In this document: positions 8,346 to 9,725 of the stretch, piece after piece | Numbering within the stretch: position 1 is the stretch's first letter | Layout: the number at the start of each line of letters is the position of its first letter | IMG/VR virus record: IMGVR_UViG_2531839454_000019 | Strand: one strand, 5' to 3' | Length of the DNA stretch: 9,725 bases | From: a virus | Taxonomy: Duplodnaviria; Heunggongvirae; Uroviricota; Caudoviricetes | Program-made: the position numbers and the translations under genes | Notes under the pieces: generated by a model | Told to the model about the DNA's origin: nothing | Seen by the model: only the letters and a program-made list of their open reading frames with translations | The model's database searches: none

Positions 8346-8870
8346 ATGAAGTTATGGCCTGTGTTGACTGGCATTGCACTCTCTTTCACTCTTATAGCAT
8401 GTAAGGCCCCGACACCACCTAAAGGTGTGCAGCCGATTACAAATTTTGACGCCAACCGCTACCTCGGAAAATGGTATGAAATAGCTCGCCTCGAGAACCG
8501 GTTCGAACGTGGTCTGGAACAGGTCAGCGCTACTTATGGAAAACGGAACGACGGAGGGATTCGTGTACTTAACCGTGGATACGATCCAACGAAAAATAAA
8601 TGGAGCGAGAGCGAAGGTAAAGCATACTTTACTGGAGATACTAAAACTGCAGCATTGAAGGTTTCGTTTTTTGGCCCCTTCTATGGTGGCTATAATGTAA
8701 TCAAACTGGATGATGAGTATAAGTATGCTCTTGTCAGTGGTCCGAACAGAGAATACCTATGGATTCTGGCAAGGACCCCAACTATTCCAGATAAAGTAAA
8801 AGCAGACTATGTGCGAACCGCTCAAAAGTTGGGATTCAATGTCAATGAATTATTATGGGTTAAACAATAA
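8346..8870 (+). CDS. blc: Bacterial lipocalin Blc-like outer-membrane lipoprotein
   Basis: MKLWPVLTGIALSFTLIAC|KAPTPPKGV... with signal peptide and lipobox LIAC. Lipocalin motifs shared with recalled E. coli Blc (NFDANRYLGKWYEIARLENRFERGLE..., SEGKAYFTGD, AALKVSFFGPFYGGYNVI, EYLWILARTPTI). Only clearly coding + strand gene in the cargo region. Confidence 0.85.
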   Translation: MKLWPVLTGIALSFTLIACKAPTPPKGVQPITNFDANRYLGKWYEIARLENRFERGLEQVSATYGKRNDGGIRVLNRGYDPTKNKWSESEGKAYFTGDTKTAALKVSFFGPFYGGYNVIKLDDEYKYALVSGPNREYLWILARTPTIPDKVKADYVRTAQKLGFNVNELLWVKQ

Positions 8871-8898
8871 AATCCCTACCCGAAATAATACTTATTAG

Positions 8899-8925
8899 AA
8901 AAAAACCAGCCTTTGGGGAGGCTGG
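8899..8925 (-). terminator. Rho-independent terminator downstream of Q (tR'-like); also at the 3' end of the convergent lipocalin gene
   Basis: Minus strand: CCAGCCT-CCCCAA-AGGCTGG (7-bp stem; + strand 8906-8925) followed by T7 (A-run 8899-8905 on +). About 100 nt downstream of the Q stop, where lambdoid phages place tR'. Confidence 0.45.
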
Positions 8926-9025
8926 CTAAATCAGGAAACAAGCTGTTATATGATAATAACTACGTTGTGATTCCAACATTTAAAATGTTAGACTAATGAC
9001 AATCAGACAGCAACTTTTCCTTTAA
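8926..9025 (-). promoter_or_regulatory. Putative late promoter (pR'-like) / qut region between Q and the tR'-like terminator
   Basis: Positional inference from lambdoid architecture (Q, then pR'/qut, then tR'). Minus strand has promoter-like hexamers (e.g. TTGTCA ... and TTGGAA ... TATCAT), but none could be assigned confidently. Confidence 0.25.
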
Positions 9026-9403
9026 TTATTTCGAACAATCAGCATCCATCTCCAATCGGAGATCCAACACCATCAGCATACCCTCCACTACGCCCTCAGC
9101 TTTCTGAAGCATCCTGCCAACCCAACAATCAGATCGCCCATGCTTACGTGCAAGCGCCATAAAAGTCATGCCGCCGACATAATAGTCCACCAATAAATCA
9201 TGCAAATCGCTGTTGTTCTTTTTCAGACGGGCCATGCACCCGCAAATGATCATCGCGTCATCGTCACAACATTGTGGGCGAGATTTTACTTTTGAAGGAA
9301 TTAATCCCTTAAAACCGGCGGCAATGGACGACCAGGTCACATCTTCATGATTATTAGCCGCCCACGCTCCCCAACGCTCAAGAACCATCTGAATATCACG
9401 CAT
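9026..9403 (-). CDS. Q: Late-gene antiterminator Q (QuuD/phage-21-type)
   Basis: [88 protein letters not shown]... closely matches recalled K-12 QuuD. ATG 9403 with GGAG 7 nt upstream; the track's longer ORF starts at a TTG (9418). Confidence 0.85.
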   Translation of the reverse strand: MRDIQMVLERWGAWAANNHEDVTWSSIAAGFKGLIPSKVKSRPQCCDDDAMIICGCMARLKKNNSDLHDLLVDYYVGGMTFMALARKHGRSDCWVGRMLQKAEGVVEGMLMVLDLRLEMDADCSK

Positions 9404-9427
9404 CAACTTACTCCACAAAACTCAGAC

Positions 9428-9725
9428 TGTTGTGGTTTACTGAATTTGGCCACCTGAACAGAGGTGATATGCTCACCTCAGAACAACACAGGTGCCATAA
9501 TGAAAAAAAGAAATTTCAGCGCAGAGTTTAAACGCGAATCCGCTCAACTGGTCGTTGACCAGAATTACACCGTGGCAGATGCAGCCAGCGCTATGGATGT
9601 CGGCCTTTCCACAATGACGCGATGGGTGAAACAATTACGTGATGAGCGGCAGGGAAAAACACCAAAAGCCTCCCCCATTACCCCGGAACAAATTGAAATC
9701 CGTGAGCTCAGGAAAAAGCTACAAC
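9428..9725 (+). mobile_element. IS3-family insertion sequence (IS911-like), left end and start of orfA; continues beyond window
   Basis: Terminal segment TGTTGTGGTTTACTGAATTTGGCCACCTGAACAGAGGTG begins with TG and matches the recalled IS911 left inverted repeat over its inner ~27 nt (ACTGAATTTGGCCACCTGAACAGAGGTG). It is followed ~70 nt later by an orfA with an IS911 OrfA-like N-terminus. Exact boundary uncertain by about 15 bp. Confidence 0.75.
9500..9725 (+). CDS. insN: IS3-family transposase OrfA (IS911 InsN-like), 3'-truncated by window edge
   Basis: [79 protein letters not shown]-terminus and the start of a leucine-zipper region, near-identical to recalled IS911 OrfA. Confidence 0.85.
   Translation, partial: MKKRNFSAEFKRESAQLVVDQNYTVADAASAMDVGLSTMTRWVKQLRDERQGKTPKASPITPEQIEIRELRKKLQ

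Overview
This window reads as the late region of an integrated lambdoid prophage of the Qin / phage-21 type from an Escherichia-like host, transcribed almost entirely on the minus strand (high to low coordinates). All calls rest on reading the six-frame translations and on recalled family knowledge; no database search was run. In transcription order: an IS3-family (IS911-like) element sits about 25 bp upstream of antiterminator Q (9403..9026), followed by a tR'-like terminator (~8899-8925). Next comes an AT-rich cargo island in the Q-to-holin slot, the position stx occupies in Stx phages. It carries a Blc-type lipocalin lipoprotein (+ strand, 8346-8870), a DUF523(TudS)-DUF1722 fusion resembling the tRNA 4-thiouridine desulfidase RudS (8153..7194), and an AppY-like AraC regulator interrupted by a 1-nt frameshift in an A7/T7 run (6842..6112). 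Downstream are a phage-21-type lysis cassette (dual-start pinholin, YdfR-like, SAR endolysin, Rz with embedded Rz1), then morons (CspI-like cold-shock protein, a 76-aa ORF, a GnsB-like protein, a 68-aa ORF), a lambda-like cosN (~2060-2080), and the Nu1-like small and GpA-like large terminase subunits (the latter cut by the window edge). The cargo island, especially the RudS-like gene placed where Q antitermination would drive it, is the most interesting part. No CRISPR array, tRNA or rRNA was seen.
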